From positions 1,632,001-1,696,000 of the forward strand of contig CBDCTZ010000016.1 of NCBI GenBank assembly GCA_965222375.1: a stretch of DNA of 64,000 nucleotides, given 5' to 3'. The notes below the pieces were generated by a model. It was not told the DNA's origin. It searched no databases and saw nothing but the letters and a program-made list of their open reading frames with translations. This stretch comes from Polyangiaceae bacterium (GTDB lineage Bacteria > Myxococcota_A > Polyangia > Polyangiales > Polyangiaceae). A program made the position numbers and the translations under genes. Within the stretch, counting starts at the first letter, position 1. Each line of letters begins with the position of its first letter. Shown one piece after another: positions 51,452 through 60,333 of the stretch.

Positions 51452-53020
51452 ATGGGATTCCCCCTCGAACTCGCGCTCCGCTACATGCGCTCGAAGAAGA
51501 GTGGATTCGTGTCCGTCGGCACCGTGTTCGCGATCATCGGGGTGGCGTTGGGGGTTGCCGCGCTCGCGACCGTCATCAGCGTCACGGGCGGGTTCCGAGC
51601 CGAGTTTCGCGAGAAGGTCCTCGGTGTCAACGCGCACGTTCTGGTCCTGAAGTACTCCAGTGACTTCCGTGAGTATCGCGAAGTCATGGAGAAGATGCGT
51701 GAAGTGCCCGGCGTCAAAGGCATCGCTCCATTCGTGATTGACCCGATGATGGTCACTCACGGAGGCAAGACAGCGACGGGCGTGTTGTTGAAAGGCGTGG
51801 ACCCCAAGCTCATGCCGCAGGTCTTGGACTTGCCCCGGCATATCGTCGAGGGCGATCTGGAGGGCTTGCGTCTCGCGAGCTCCAGGCCCCCCGAGCGTCG
51901 GCGTCGTTCGATCTTGGACGAATTGCCCGACGAGCCCCTGGCGCCCAAAACCCTCCCGCCTCCAGGTCTGCCTGGCAAGTCGCCGCTGATGCGCGAAATC
52001 GAGAAGGGGGCCGCGGATGCGGGTGCGCCGGATGCCAGCTCGCCCCCTGTCGATGAACCCGAGCCCGCCGCTACTGCGCCTGACGAGCTTCCCGAGGACG
52101 CCCCCGTCGGCAGCATCGTTCCTGATGGCGGCTACACCAGCGAGCTGCCCGAAGAGGACTTCCTCCCCGACGACGTGGACCCGGACCCCTGTGAGAGCCC
52201 GGAGGCCGTCAAGAAGCTGCCCGGTATCGTGGTTGGCAAGACCCTCAAAGAGAATCTCGAACTGAAGCTCGGCGATTGCGTGCAGGTCACCAGCCCCACA
52301 ATCGGCTTCGTCTATTCCAAGGGCGCCATTCGAGCCCCGGTTGCCAAACAGTTCCGAGTGATTGCCGTTTTCGACGCCGGCTTCGACCAATACGACTCGA
52401 AGCTGGTCTACACAGACCTATTCGAGGCCCAGGCGTTCGGAGATTCCGGCGATAGCGTCACGGGCATCGAGATGAAGGTGACCGATATCGACCAAGCTCG
52501 CGCGATCACCAAGGTCGTCGATGCCAAGTTGGGCGATGGCATCTATCACACGATGGATTGGGAGGAGCTCAACCACGGGCTTTTTACTGCACTGCGCATT
52601 CAGCAGATTCTGATGAGCCTGGTGCTCGCCCTGATCATCGTCGTCGCTGCCTTTACGGTCATCGCCACGCTGATCATGGTCGTGCTCGACAAGAAGAAGG
52701 AGATTGCCGTCCTCAAGGCCATGGGCGCGACGAACGGCGCGTTGCTGCGGTCGTTTCTCTATCAAGGCGCCATCATTGGCATCGTCGGCACAGCGGTCGG
52801 GCTGCTGTTGGGGATCTTCTTCTGCAAGGGGCTGTTGGTGTACAGCTTCCCCCTCGATCCCAAGGTGTACTTCATCAGCAAGCTTCCGGTACAGGTGAAC
52901 CCCATGGAGTTCGTGCTGGTCGGAGTCTTTGCAGTTCTCGTGTGCCTGATGGCGACGGTATGGCCGGCCCGCTACGCAGCTCGCCTTCGACCTGCCGAAG
53001 CATTTCGCGAGCAGCAGTAG
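51452..53020 (+). CDS. LolC/LolE-type lipoprotein-releasing ABC permease (FtsX/MacB family) with long insertion
   Basis: LALRYMRSK, GVALGVAAL...SVTGGF, VLLKGVDP, DWEELN, KKKEIAVLKAMGA, VYFISKLP. ATG at 51452. Confidence 0.88.
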   Translation: MGFPLELALRYMRSKKSGFVSVGTVFAIIGVALGVAALATVISVTGGFRAEFREKVLGVNAHVLVLKYSSDFREYREVMEKMREVPGVKGIAPFVIDPMMVTHGGKTATGVLLKGVDPKLMPQVLDLPRHIVEGDLEGLRLASSRPPERRRRSILDELPDEPLAPKTLPPPGLPGKSPLMREIEKGAADAGAPDASSPPVDEPEPAATAPDELPEDAPVGSIVPDGGYTSELPEEDFLPDDVDPDPCESPEAVKKLPGIVVGKTLKENLELKLGDCVQVTSPTIGFVYSKGAIRAPVAKQFRVIAVFDAGFDQYDSKLVYTDLFEAQAFGDSGDSVTGIEMKVTDIDQARAITKVVDAKLGDGIYHTMDWEELNHGLFTALRIQQILMSLVLALIIVVAAFTVIATLIMVVLDKKKEIAVLKAMGATNGALLRSFLYQGAIIGIVGTAVGLLLGIFFCKGLLVYSFPLDPKVYFISKLPVQVNPMEFVLVGVFAVLVCLMATVWPARYAARLRPAEAFREQQ

Positions 53021-53021
53021 C

Positions 53022-53729
53022 TCAGCGCAATGATGGGGGCTGCATTTGCGCGCGTCGCAGCAGACTCAAAACTCGCGCCGCCAGCTCCGGAGCTCGAAAC
53101 GGCTTGCTGACGTAGTCGTCGGCGCCGGCATTGAATGCGGTGAGCACATCCCGGGTCGAGGAATGAGCAGTCAAGAACAGAATCGGTAGTCGCTCCAAGC
53201 GTGGCTCTTTGCGGACTCGACGGCAGAAATCCACGCCGCTCATTCCCGGGAGGTTCCAATCCAGCACCACCACATCCGCGTGGTCCTCCCGGAGGGAGTC
53301 GAAGGCCTCCTCGGCGGATGAGACAGCTCGTGCAGCGAAGCCTGCGCTGGCCAATAGCGCTTTGACCACCTGCTGGAGATCCGGGTCGTCATCCACGACT
53401 AGCACGCTCGAGTCAGGGGGGATCTCGATGTCCACCGCCGGGGTTGCGGCACTGGGGGGCGGTGCCGAGGGCGGACCCTCGGAGTTCGCAAACTGCCAGA
53501 GCCTTGCCCAGTCTCGCTCAGAGAACGCCAGGCGCAGGCCGTAGCCCCGGTCTACGACGCAGGCGGCGACGGAGGTCGTTTCCTCTCCGATGCTGAAGGT
53601 GGCCATGACCCACTCGCCGTCTTTCAAGGGAGTGGCGTCGACTAGCTCGAGTTCTTGCTCGTCGCCGCCGGCCTCCAGCAACACGGAGAGGGCTTCGAGG
53701 CTTTCAAAGGCATAGATGATCCCGCGCAC
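53022..53729 (-). CDS. Response regulator with C-terminal receiver domain and small N-terminal beta domain
   Basis: LVVDDD, VLDWNLPGMSG, FLTA, GADDYVSKPF. Confidence 0.88.
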   Translation of the reverse strand: MRGIIYAFESLEALSVLLEAGGDEQELELVDATPLKDGEWVMATFSIGEETTSVAACVVDRGYGLRLAFSERDWARLWQFANSEGPPSAPPPSAATPAVDIEIPPDSSVLVVDDDPDLQQVVKALLASAGFAARAVSSAEEAFDSLREDHADVVVLDWNLPGMSGVDFCRRVRKEPRLERLPILFLTAHSSTRDVLTAFNAGADDYVSKPFRAPELAARVLSLLRRAQMQPPSLR

Positions 53730-53776
53730 GGCGCCGGAAACTAGCCAACTTCGCAGCCATGTGCCACTCGCCGAAG

Positions 53777-54463
53777 CTACTTTGGCGTCCGGCGTGTGGC
53801 GAATGTCACCATCAGCAAGAACGAGGCCAACAGGAACAGACTCGAAGCGTACTGCGGCAACTCAAGGGGCGGCGCAGCGCCCAGCAGGTTTCGAATGTGG
53901 GAGCGTGGCCAAATTGCCGCGACCAGACCGGTTCCGGTGCCCAGAGCAAAATCCAAGCCCAAGAAGATGAACGCCCCGCCACCGAGGCGGCCCAGGGTTG
54001 CGCCGCACAGAAACAAGGCAGTGTAGACCGCACCCCCGAGTCCCCCGATCCACGCGCTGTTGAGCATGTCTGACACCAACAGCGGATCTGCGGGGAAGCG
54101 CACGCACATCACGCTGACGGCCGCCAGGAACGCACCCAGCAGGGTGTTGAGCAACGTCGTGGTGAACAGTAGTCCCAGAGCGACAGAACGCCGGCTCTGA
54201 CCGTGGCGTGCTGCCGGCCAGACGGCTTGGCTCAAGCGTTGGCCTCCACTGGCAACCCGGACGACCCCGTAGGCAATGAACGGCAGCGCTAGGCCCAGCG
54301 CGATGCCCGCGAGGGTGCGGTCCGCGGACAACACAGAGCCTGTCCTACGCTCGAGCAATGCCACCACCAGTACCGTAACGACGCCAAAGAAGGCCAACAC
54401 CGCCAACGTGCGGGAACGCAGTCGTGAGGCCGCCATGCGGGCTCCAATCGCCATTGCGTTCAC
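53777..54463 (-). CDS. Multi-pass membrane protein (ABC-2 permease-like)
   Basis: About six hydrophobic segments. GTG 54463 overlaps the upstream stop (GTGA). Confidence 0.7.
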   Translation of the reverse strand: MNAMAIGARMAASRLRSRTLAVLAFFGVVTVLVVALLERRTGSVLSADRTLAGIALGLALPFIAYGVVRVASGGQRLSQAVWPAARHGQSRRSVALGLLFTTTLLNTLLGAFLAAVSVMCVRFPADPLLVSDMLNSAWIGGLGGAVYTALFLCGATLGRLGGGAFIFLGLDFALGTGTGLVAAIWPRSHIRNLLGAAPPLELPQYASSLFLLASFLLMVTFATRRTPK

Positions 54464-55746
54464 GAGCCCTCCTTCCCGCGGGGCTCCGTCGGCAAGATGG
54501 GGCCGGGGGCTTGGTCCTGCTGCTCGCCTTCCGGTTTCGAGGGTAGGCCTTGACCAGGCGGTTGGCTTTGGGCCACGGCGGCAGCGGCAGCCGCGAGGGG
54601 GCCCAACGGTGCTTGCGACGTTGGCGGCACCGCGGGAGGTTGTGAAACGGGAGGGACCGCGGGAGCTGGCGGCCCCGACGGAGGCGGTACGGACCGCGCT
54701 GGAGCAGGTGGCGCTTGGCTCGGGTGTTGCGCCGGCGGAGCTTGGCTCGCGTGTTGCACGGCCGGCGCTTGGCTCGGGTGTTGCGCCGGCGGAGCTTGGC
54801 TCGGGTGTTGCGCCGGGGGCACGTTGGGTCGCGCTGCGTAGTAGGCGCGCTCGTAGGCGGCACGCCACAACGCGGCGGTGGCGCCTCGCGCCTCATCCAA
54901 AGAGGGTGCGGCGAGCTCCATCGCGAGTAGCCTCGAGTCCGTCGTGTCAGCGGCCCGGAGAATGGCCAGGGAGACGCTCTCGAGATCGTCACCGCTGATC
55001 CGCGCCTGCTCCGGAAGCTTCTCGCTATCCAGGGCAATGCCGCTCACGGCCGGGTCGTCTACTAGGGCGCGGCAGAGGGTCTCGACTGCCTTCGCCCGCA
55101 CCTGAAAGGTCGCTTGGCCACCCGGGACCAGGTTCCGCGCCAAGGGCAGCCCTGGGCGGCGTACGAATCTGCCGCGATCGAGCAATACGACATCGCCGCC
55201 GAGCAGTCGCGCGTCATCAATACTGGCGGTCGCGCAGATCACGCTCGCCCGCTCCGCGAGCTTCGTCAGTTCTGCCGCGTTTCTGCTCCGGTCCAGCGGG
55301 CTCATCAGGGCCAGAGGTTCGAACACGGCAAGGAGCCCAGGCTCGGGTATGGCAAGGGCCAACTCGAGCGCGAGGGCTCGGCGTGCCCTCGCCGATGCCT
55401 TGCGCGCTTGCCCCAGGCCGAGGCGTTCGGCAATTCCAGCCGCGGGCCCGCGGGCGCCCAGAGCATGGGCCAACATCGCGGTCGGTGGCAACGGCAACTC
55501 GGGTTCCTCCGCCAGGACCGCACCAATGCACGCGCGCAACCTCGGATCCGTATGCGGATCTGCGCCGTGCACTCGCACCTTCCCGCGCCGGGGCCGCTCG
55601 CTTCCGGCCAGGAGTTGTATCAGCGTGGCCGTGCCGTCAGCAGGGGTGCCCAGGACGACCGTCATGCCCGGCTCGAACTGAACGCTAGTCGCCGCCAGAG
55701 GCACTGCGTAGACGTCTTCCAAAATGGCTGCGCTCAACTGACCCAC
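54460..55746 (-). CDS. Degenerate ABC-type ATP-binding protein with Pro/Gln-rich tail
   Basis: ABC fold spacing kept (VVLGTPADGTATLIQLLAG...PRRGKVRVHG...LLAVFEP...VVLLDRGR) but Walker A Lys, signature, Walker B Asp and switch His are replaced. Confidence 0.72.
   Translation of the reverse strand: MGQLSAAILEDVYAVPLAATSVQFEPGMTVVLGTPADGTATLIQLLAGSERPRRGKVRVHGADPHTDPRLRACIGAVLAEEPELPLPPTAMLAHALGARGPAAGIAERLGLGQARKASARARRALALELALAIPEPGLLAVFEPLALMSPLDRSRNAAELTKLAERASVICATASIDDARLLGGDVVLLDRGRFVRRPGLPLARNLVPGGQATFQVRAKAVETLCRALVDDPAVSGIALDSEKLPEQARISGDDLESVSLAILRAADTTDSRLLAMELAAPSLDEARGATAALWRAAYERAYYAARPNVPPAQHPSQAPPAQHPSQAPAVQHASQAPPAQHPSQAPPAPARSVPPPSGPPAPAVPPVSQPPAVPPTSQAPLGPLAAAAAAVAQSQPPGQGLPSKPEGEQQDQAPGPILPTEPRGKEGS
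54713..54819 (-). repeat. 27-bp intragenic tandem repeat x4 encoding PPAQHPSQA
   Basis: GCTTGGCTCG at 54713, 54740, 54767 and 54794. Confidence 0.92.
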
Positions 55747-56423
55747 CCGCCCGTTCGAAGAACCAAGTCTCGCGTCGCCGATAGAGCCTGAGGGACGCTC
55801 GGGAAATGACTCACGAGACTGCGGATCAGTTCCGGCACGAAGATCAACCCTGCCAACGCCAATCTCGTTTTCGCGGGTGCCAGATAACGGGCCGCCAACA
55901 CCACGGCGCTGACGCTTACTGCCAACAGCGCCAAGTACCCCAAGCTGCCAAGGAAGACGCTGGCGGCGGACAGCGCATCCTGCCACGAGCGAACGAAGGG
56001 CAGGGGCGCCAGATTGAGCAGCACAACCGGAAGCAGCAGCAAGCGCACGATGCGCCGACCGACCGCCCAAGACCGCGCCCACACGATTTCCCTTGGCGTC
56101 ACTCCACGTAGCGCCGCCAAACCCTCGATGGCTTCGTCGTCCGTGCTCGGCCTTCCCGTAGCCGCCAATGCGAGCCCGCCCGCACCGAGCCAACTCAGCC
56201 AGCCTAGTGCGCCTCGAATTACGACGGCCGACTCCTTGGGATCACCGCCCGCTGCGACGCCCGCTGCCATCAGTGAAAAGCCGACGGTCATGAGCCAGGT
56301 CGCCGCCGTAGCAGCCTGGCCACTCAACCGCTGCCGCAGGGCACGTCCCAACACCCGAGCCAGATCGGGGCGCCTCCGCTTTCGGGCGGGCTGATGGGTG
56401 GTCTGAGTCGGGGCGCTGGACAC
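55734..56423 (-). CDS. Multi-pass membrane protein (permease-like)
   Basis: Several TM segments. Overlaps the start of the ATPase-like gene. Start uncertain (GTG 56423). Confidence 0.65.
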   Translation of the reverse strand: MSSAPTQTTHQPARKRRRPDLARVLGRALRQRLSGQAATAATWLMTVGFSLMAAGVAAGGDPKESAVVIRGALGWLSWLGAGGLALAATGRPSTDDEAIEGLAALRGVTPREIVWARSWAVGRRIVRLLLLPVVLLNLAPLPFVRSWQDALSAASVFLGSLGYLALLAVSVSAVVLAARYLAPAKTRLALAGLIFVPELIRSLVSHFPSVPQALSATRDLVLRTGGWVS

Positions 56424-56469
56424 GGCCGCGGCAGTGTATCGGCATTTGCCGGATCGTGCCTGGAAGCGC

Positions 56470-57312
56470 TCAGTTGACTGCCTGCGCGCGCTTGAGCACG
56501 TAGCTGGCAACCTCATCTCGGGGAGCCATGTTCAGGGCACGCACGGCAGCTCGTTCCGCCGCAACGGGCCGCCCCCGAGCCAACTCTGCCGCGCCGAGCC
56601 AACCCAAGGCCGCCACCGCCACGTCGTTTCGTCCCCTTGTCAGGGGTTGTAGCAGCTCTACGGCGGCGTCGACCTTATTGCGCCGCAGATGCGCTCGTGC
56701 CTGCAAGATCGCGAGCTGCGCGTCATCGGCGAATTCGCGAAAGGCGTGCTCCACGATTTCGTCCGCTTCGGCAGTTCGACTCAGTTTGATCAAAGACTCC
56801 GCGAGTCCGGCGTAGGCCTCGGCGCGGTCTGGTGCCACTTCCACCGCACGCTTGAATTGCTCCTTGGCGTGCTCGTACTTGCCTGCAGTGTAGTAGAGCC
56901 TGGCTAGGTTGAGGCGAGAGGCGACATAGCCTGGATCGATGGATAGAGCCTCTAGGTAGTGACCCGACGCCTTGTCGGGTCGCCCCTCACGCTCCTCCAA
57001 CACCCCATAGCCGTGATGTGGCTGAGCGAAGTCCGGGTTCAGCCGCCGTGCACGACTCAACAGGCGGCGTGCCCGCAAGTAGTTCCCTCGCTGCACTTCG
57101 ACCAACGCGCGATTGACCAGGGCCTCGACGAATCGCGGGCTGTACTCCAAGGCCAAGTCGAAACGCGCTTCGGCCGTTTCCAGATCCCCAGTCGCAAGGG
57201 CGTCTGCACCTTGGGTATTCAGGTCGATAGCCTTGGCCGGAAGAGGCGCGGACCCCTTGCAGCCACTGAGGAGCGCGGCCACGACAACCACCCAGACGAG
57301 TATCGGCTTCAT
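56470..57312 (-). CDS. TPR-repeat lipoprotein
   Basis: MKPILVWVVVVAALLSGC lipobox. Multiple TPR units. Confidence 0.85.
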   Translation of the reverse strand: MKPILVWVVVVAALLSGCKGSAPLPAKAIDLNTQGADALATGDLETAEARFDLALEYSPRFVEALVNRALVEVQRGNYLRARRLLSRARRLNPDFAQPHHGYGVLEEREGRPDKASGHYLEALSIDPGYVASRLNLARLYYTAGKYEHAKEQFKRAVEVAPDRAEAYAGLAESLIKLSRTAEADEIVEHAFREFADDAQLAILQARAHLRRNKVDAAVELLQPLTRGRNDVAVAALGWLGAAELARGRPVAAERAAVRALNMAPRDEVASYVLKRAQAVN

Positions 57313-57453
57313 GGATCTACGACTCGGCCCGACGCCGCGCCGGTTGCGTGGCGCGAGAAGCTTTGCCGCTAAGTGTCTGGAATAATTGATCATATTTATG
57401 CGGATGCGGCTTCGGGTTGCAGGCAAGGTTGCTTCTGACGATGCTCCCCGCCC

Positions 57454-58356
57454 ATGTCCAAGGAGCCCGACGAAAAGGCCGACGACGAGCAGGAGGAGCT
57501 CGAAGACGACGAAAATTCGGCCGAGAGCGACGACTCGGATCTCGACGAGGACGCAGAAGACGCGTCTGACGAAGATGAGGACGAGGCGGAAGAAGAAGAT
57601 TCTGAAGACGCGTCGGGAGAAGAAGACGACGCTGAAGAAGAGGACGAAGAAGACGACGAGGAAGCCGCCGCCATGGCCGCGGCCGCTGCAGCGCGCAAGA
57701 AGAAGCGCAAGCGCGCCCGAGAGCAGCGCGCCTCGGCGAACAAGCCGCGCAAGCGTCTAGACAAACCAGTCCTGCCACCGGAACCGTCCATCAACGCACC
57801 GAGTCGTCAGACTCTTGGCATGATCGGTGTGATGGCACTGGCCACGCTCGTCATGTGGGGAACCGCAAAGACCGCTTGCAACGCACACCCCGCCCAGACC
57901 CGTAAACCGCGCGCTCTCACCGTGGCTGAGTTGTCCAAGGACCCCAAAGCGGCTGCGTTGGAGATGGCGCAACGCTGGGCGAGCTACGACTTCGACGGAG
58001 CCCTCGAACTAGCCACCGACAAGGTCGAGGCTGAGATCAAAACGGCGAAAGGCGCTTGCGAAAAGGACTCGGCCTGCAGCGCCGCTGCCAAGAAGGAATA
58101 CGACACGGCGCTTGCAAAGGCAGCTCTGTTGGGCCGCGAAGGCGCCAAAGCGACCGTCCGCGTGACCGGACTCGGCGGTGCCCTCGAAGGCCAGACCAAG
58201 CTCTACGAAGTCGAGCTTGCCGGCCCCACCTGGAAAGTTGCGCGAGTGACGGACAAGGTGCCTGCCCCGCCGCCCGCGCCGCGTCCCGTGCCCCCCACGA
58301 CCCCATCGGCCGTGCCCGCTCCATCCGGCGCCCCCGCACCGTCCGGCGCCCCCTGA
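57454..58356 (+). CDS. Hypothetical membrane protein with long acidic N-terminus
   Basis: About 60-residue D/E tract, basic patch RKKKRKR, one TM, Pro-rich C-terminus. Confidence 0.72.
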   Translation: MSKEPDEKADDEQEELEDDENSAESDDSDLDEDAEDASDEDEDEAEEEDSEDASGEEDDAEEEDEEDDEEAAAMAAAAAARKKKRKRAREQRASANKPRKRLDKPVLPPEPSINAPSRQTLGMIGVMALATLVMWGTAKTACNAHPAQTRKPRALTVAELSKDPKAAALEMAQRWASYDFDGALELATDKVEAEIKTAKGACEKDSACSAAAKKEYDTALAKAALLGREGAKATVRVTGLGGALEGQTKLYEVELAGPTWKVARVTDKVPAPPPAPRPVPPTTPSAVPAPSGAPAPSGAP

Positions 58357-58575
58357 GCAGCCCCCTGGCGCCCAGAACGGTCTTTCCACCGCCTCTCTGC
58401 CGGGACCCGTACATTGGGCCGGAGCTTTAGCGCGCGCCCTGAGCGTTGGCGCGGCGTTGATCGAGTTCGGACGATTCTCATCGCGTCTGACCGTGGTTGC
58501 TTTTGGGGAATGTGCCACCAAGTCCGTCATCGACGGTTCTTCGCGGCTCGCGCGGGGCGCTATGCGTGTTCGCGC

Positions 58576-58680
58576 GGGCGGTGCGCGCGGGGCGGTGCGC
58601 GCGGGGTGGTGCGCGCGTTCGCCGAGGTGGTGCGCGCGTTCGCCGAGGTGGTGCGCGCGTTCGCTGGGGCGGTGCGCGCA
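58576..58680. repeat. Intergenic tandem array of GGYGGTGCGCGCG cores (14-bp x2, 21-bp x3, 14-bp x1)
   Basis: Units start at 58576, 58590, 58604, 58625, 58646 and 58667. The 21-bp unit is (A/G)GGTGGTGCGCGCGTTCGC(C/T)G. Confidence 0.9.
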
Positions 58681-58772
58681 TGCGAACGCGGGTGGAGCGC
58701 AGCTTCGCGTGGGGGCGCCGCGCGCAGGCGCCGTATGCAGTCTTGCGTTGCGGCGCCCAAGCGGCAGCACAG

Positions 58773-59435
58773 CTAGTTGCAGTCGCAGGACTTGTCGGCC
58801 GTCCCAGACACCGTGCAAAGTGTCGCGACCATCTTCGGGCCGTCGGGGCACATGGCACTCAGGTTGCCGCTACAGGTCAACGTGGTCTGATCGATGGCGT
58901 AGGTGCCCGTCGCTGCGGTGCAATCGCCGTAGTTGGACATGTTCAGCGTGAAGTTCGAGACTTGAGCGCCACCGGACGGCAGTTGGACCATCAACGTTCC
59001 AGTGTAGGACAGGCCGCTGGCCGAGTCCGTGCAAGCATTGGCGGTCTGCGTATTGGGGCTGCCGAGAGCCAGATCGAAGCTGCCGCCACCGTCGCAGGGG
59101 CACGCCGTGAAGTTGGGAGCCGTCCCCGTGCACGTGGCATTCGGGTTCACCGGGATTGCTAGAGCATCGAAGGACACCTGCAGCGCTTTCCTCAAGGCGC
59201 CGACCGGATCGCCCGTGCTGCCCGCGGTCCCGCCCGTCGCGCTGCCCGCACTGCCGCCGGTGGCCGAGCCCGCCGTGCCGCCCCCACCTGCCACTCCGCC
59301 CGAGCCACTCGCGCCGCCGGTCGCTCCCGCCGTGCCGCCGCCAGCCGGTGACGAACCGTCGTCATCACTGCCACAACCCAAGGGAGCTGTCGCAATCAGC
59401 AAGAGTCCCAACCCAAGTCCGTAGATTGTTCGCAT
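58773..59435 (-). CDS. Cys-rich lipoprotein with Gly-rich linker
   Basis: GGAGG RBS. MRTIYGLGLGLLLIATAPLGC lipobox. About 10 Cys in the mature domain. Confidence 0.8.
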   Translation of the reverse strand: MRTIYGLGLGLLLIATAPLGCGSDDDGSSPAGGGTAGATGGASGSGGVAGGGGTAGSATGGSAGSATGGTAGSTGDPVGALRKALQVSFDALAIPVNPNATCTGTAPNFTACPCDGGGSFDLALGSPNTQTANACTDSASGLSYTGTLMVQLPSGGAQVSNFTLNMSNYGDCTAATGTYAIDQTTLTCSGNLSAMCPDGPKMVATLCTVSGTADKSCDCN

Positions 59436-59976
59436 CTTGTCCTCCGTTTCGTGTTGGCGTTTCTTCTGTGGCCATTTCCACATGAGCAAAACCTGTGTTC
59501 GCTACTGCGTGGAAGCTTGAGCGACGACTCAAGCATCTTTGAACGTTCCTTGAAGCTTCCCAATCAGGGAATGACAGACATCAATTGACGGCAGCGTGTA
59601 AGTGCTTACGGCGTGCGTGGCTCTTTGGCGTGCTCGATACGAGAAAGCTTTCTCGAACACCCGTGCACACGAGCCTCTGCGCGATGCGCGCAAAGCGTGC
59701 TCGAAGAGCTGAACACAGGCCTCCACGCGAGCCTGGACTCCGCGCGCCGGTGTGTGGCGCGAGCTGGCATGACAATCGGCGGGATGAGCGTGACCAGCGC
59801 TTCCCCGAGTCCTGCGGCCTAGCCCGCGCGCGCGCCCCGCTTGTGGCAACGCTGAACAAGCACAGCACCTCAGTTGTGCAGATTTCGCTCAACTGGAATC
59901 CAAGTTCGACGCACTTGTCGCAGCGTCGCTGGAACTCTTAGAGGCGGGGTTCGGTTCGACTGCTAGAGTCTTCATC

Positions 59977-60318
59977 TTGCGAGAGACTTGGGTCGCACTG
60001 GTGGTGTTGTTCTGCACGCTCATTCTCGGCTCGGCCTGCCTGGCGCCGAGCGCGGACGACTGGGAGTGCGGAACGTTCGATACCGTTTGCATGTGCCGGC
60101 ACGACTTGCCGTCCGAGTACTCACGCGCCGAGAGCTGCGAAATGATGCCCGGGGGATGCTGCCTGGCGAACGAGGAGCGATGTTTCTGCCAGCTTGTTAC
60201 GCCTTCCGCAAATCCTGAGGACCTGGGCAAGCCCCTCGACTGCAGTCGAGTTCGCCTGGCGGACTACATACCCGTGTCGAGTTGTGGGTCGCACGTCGCG
60301 GCGTTGCTCTCGAAATGA
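59977..60318 (+). CDS. Small Cys-rich exported (lipo)protein
   Basis: Hydrophobic N-terminus ending GSAC. About 10 further Cys in about 90 aa. TTG start. Confidence 0.55.
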   Translation: MRETWVALVVLFCTLILGSACLAPSADDWECGTFDTVCMCRHDLPSEYSRAESCEMMPGGCCLANEERCFCQLVTPSANPEDLGKPLDCSRVRLADYIPVSSCGSHVAALLSK

Positions 60319-60333
60319 CAGCGCGGTCCACAA

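Noticed and set aside
57380..57400. AT-rich GAATAATTGATCATATTTAT as a Fur box
   Set aside because: Only loosely similar to the 19-bp consensus, and the flanking genes have no evident iron link. More likely a divergent promoter core.
58576..58680. 21-bp repeats as CRISPR, or as coding sequence of the overlapping 58xxx ORFs
   Set aside because: No spacers. The ORFs crossing it are low-complexity Arg/Ala translations in several frames without a credible RBS or motif.
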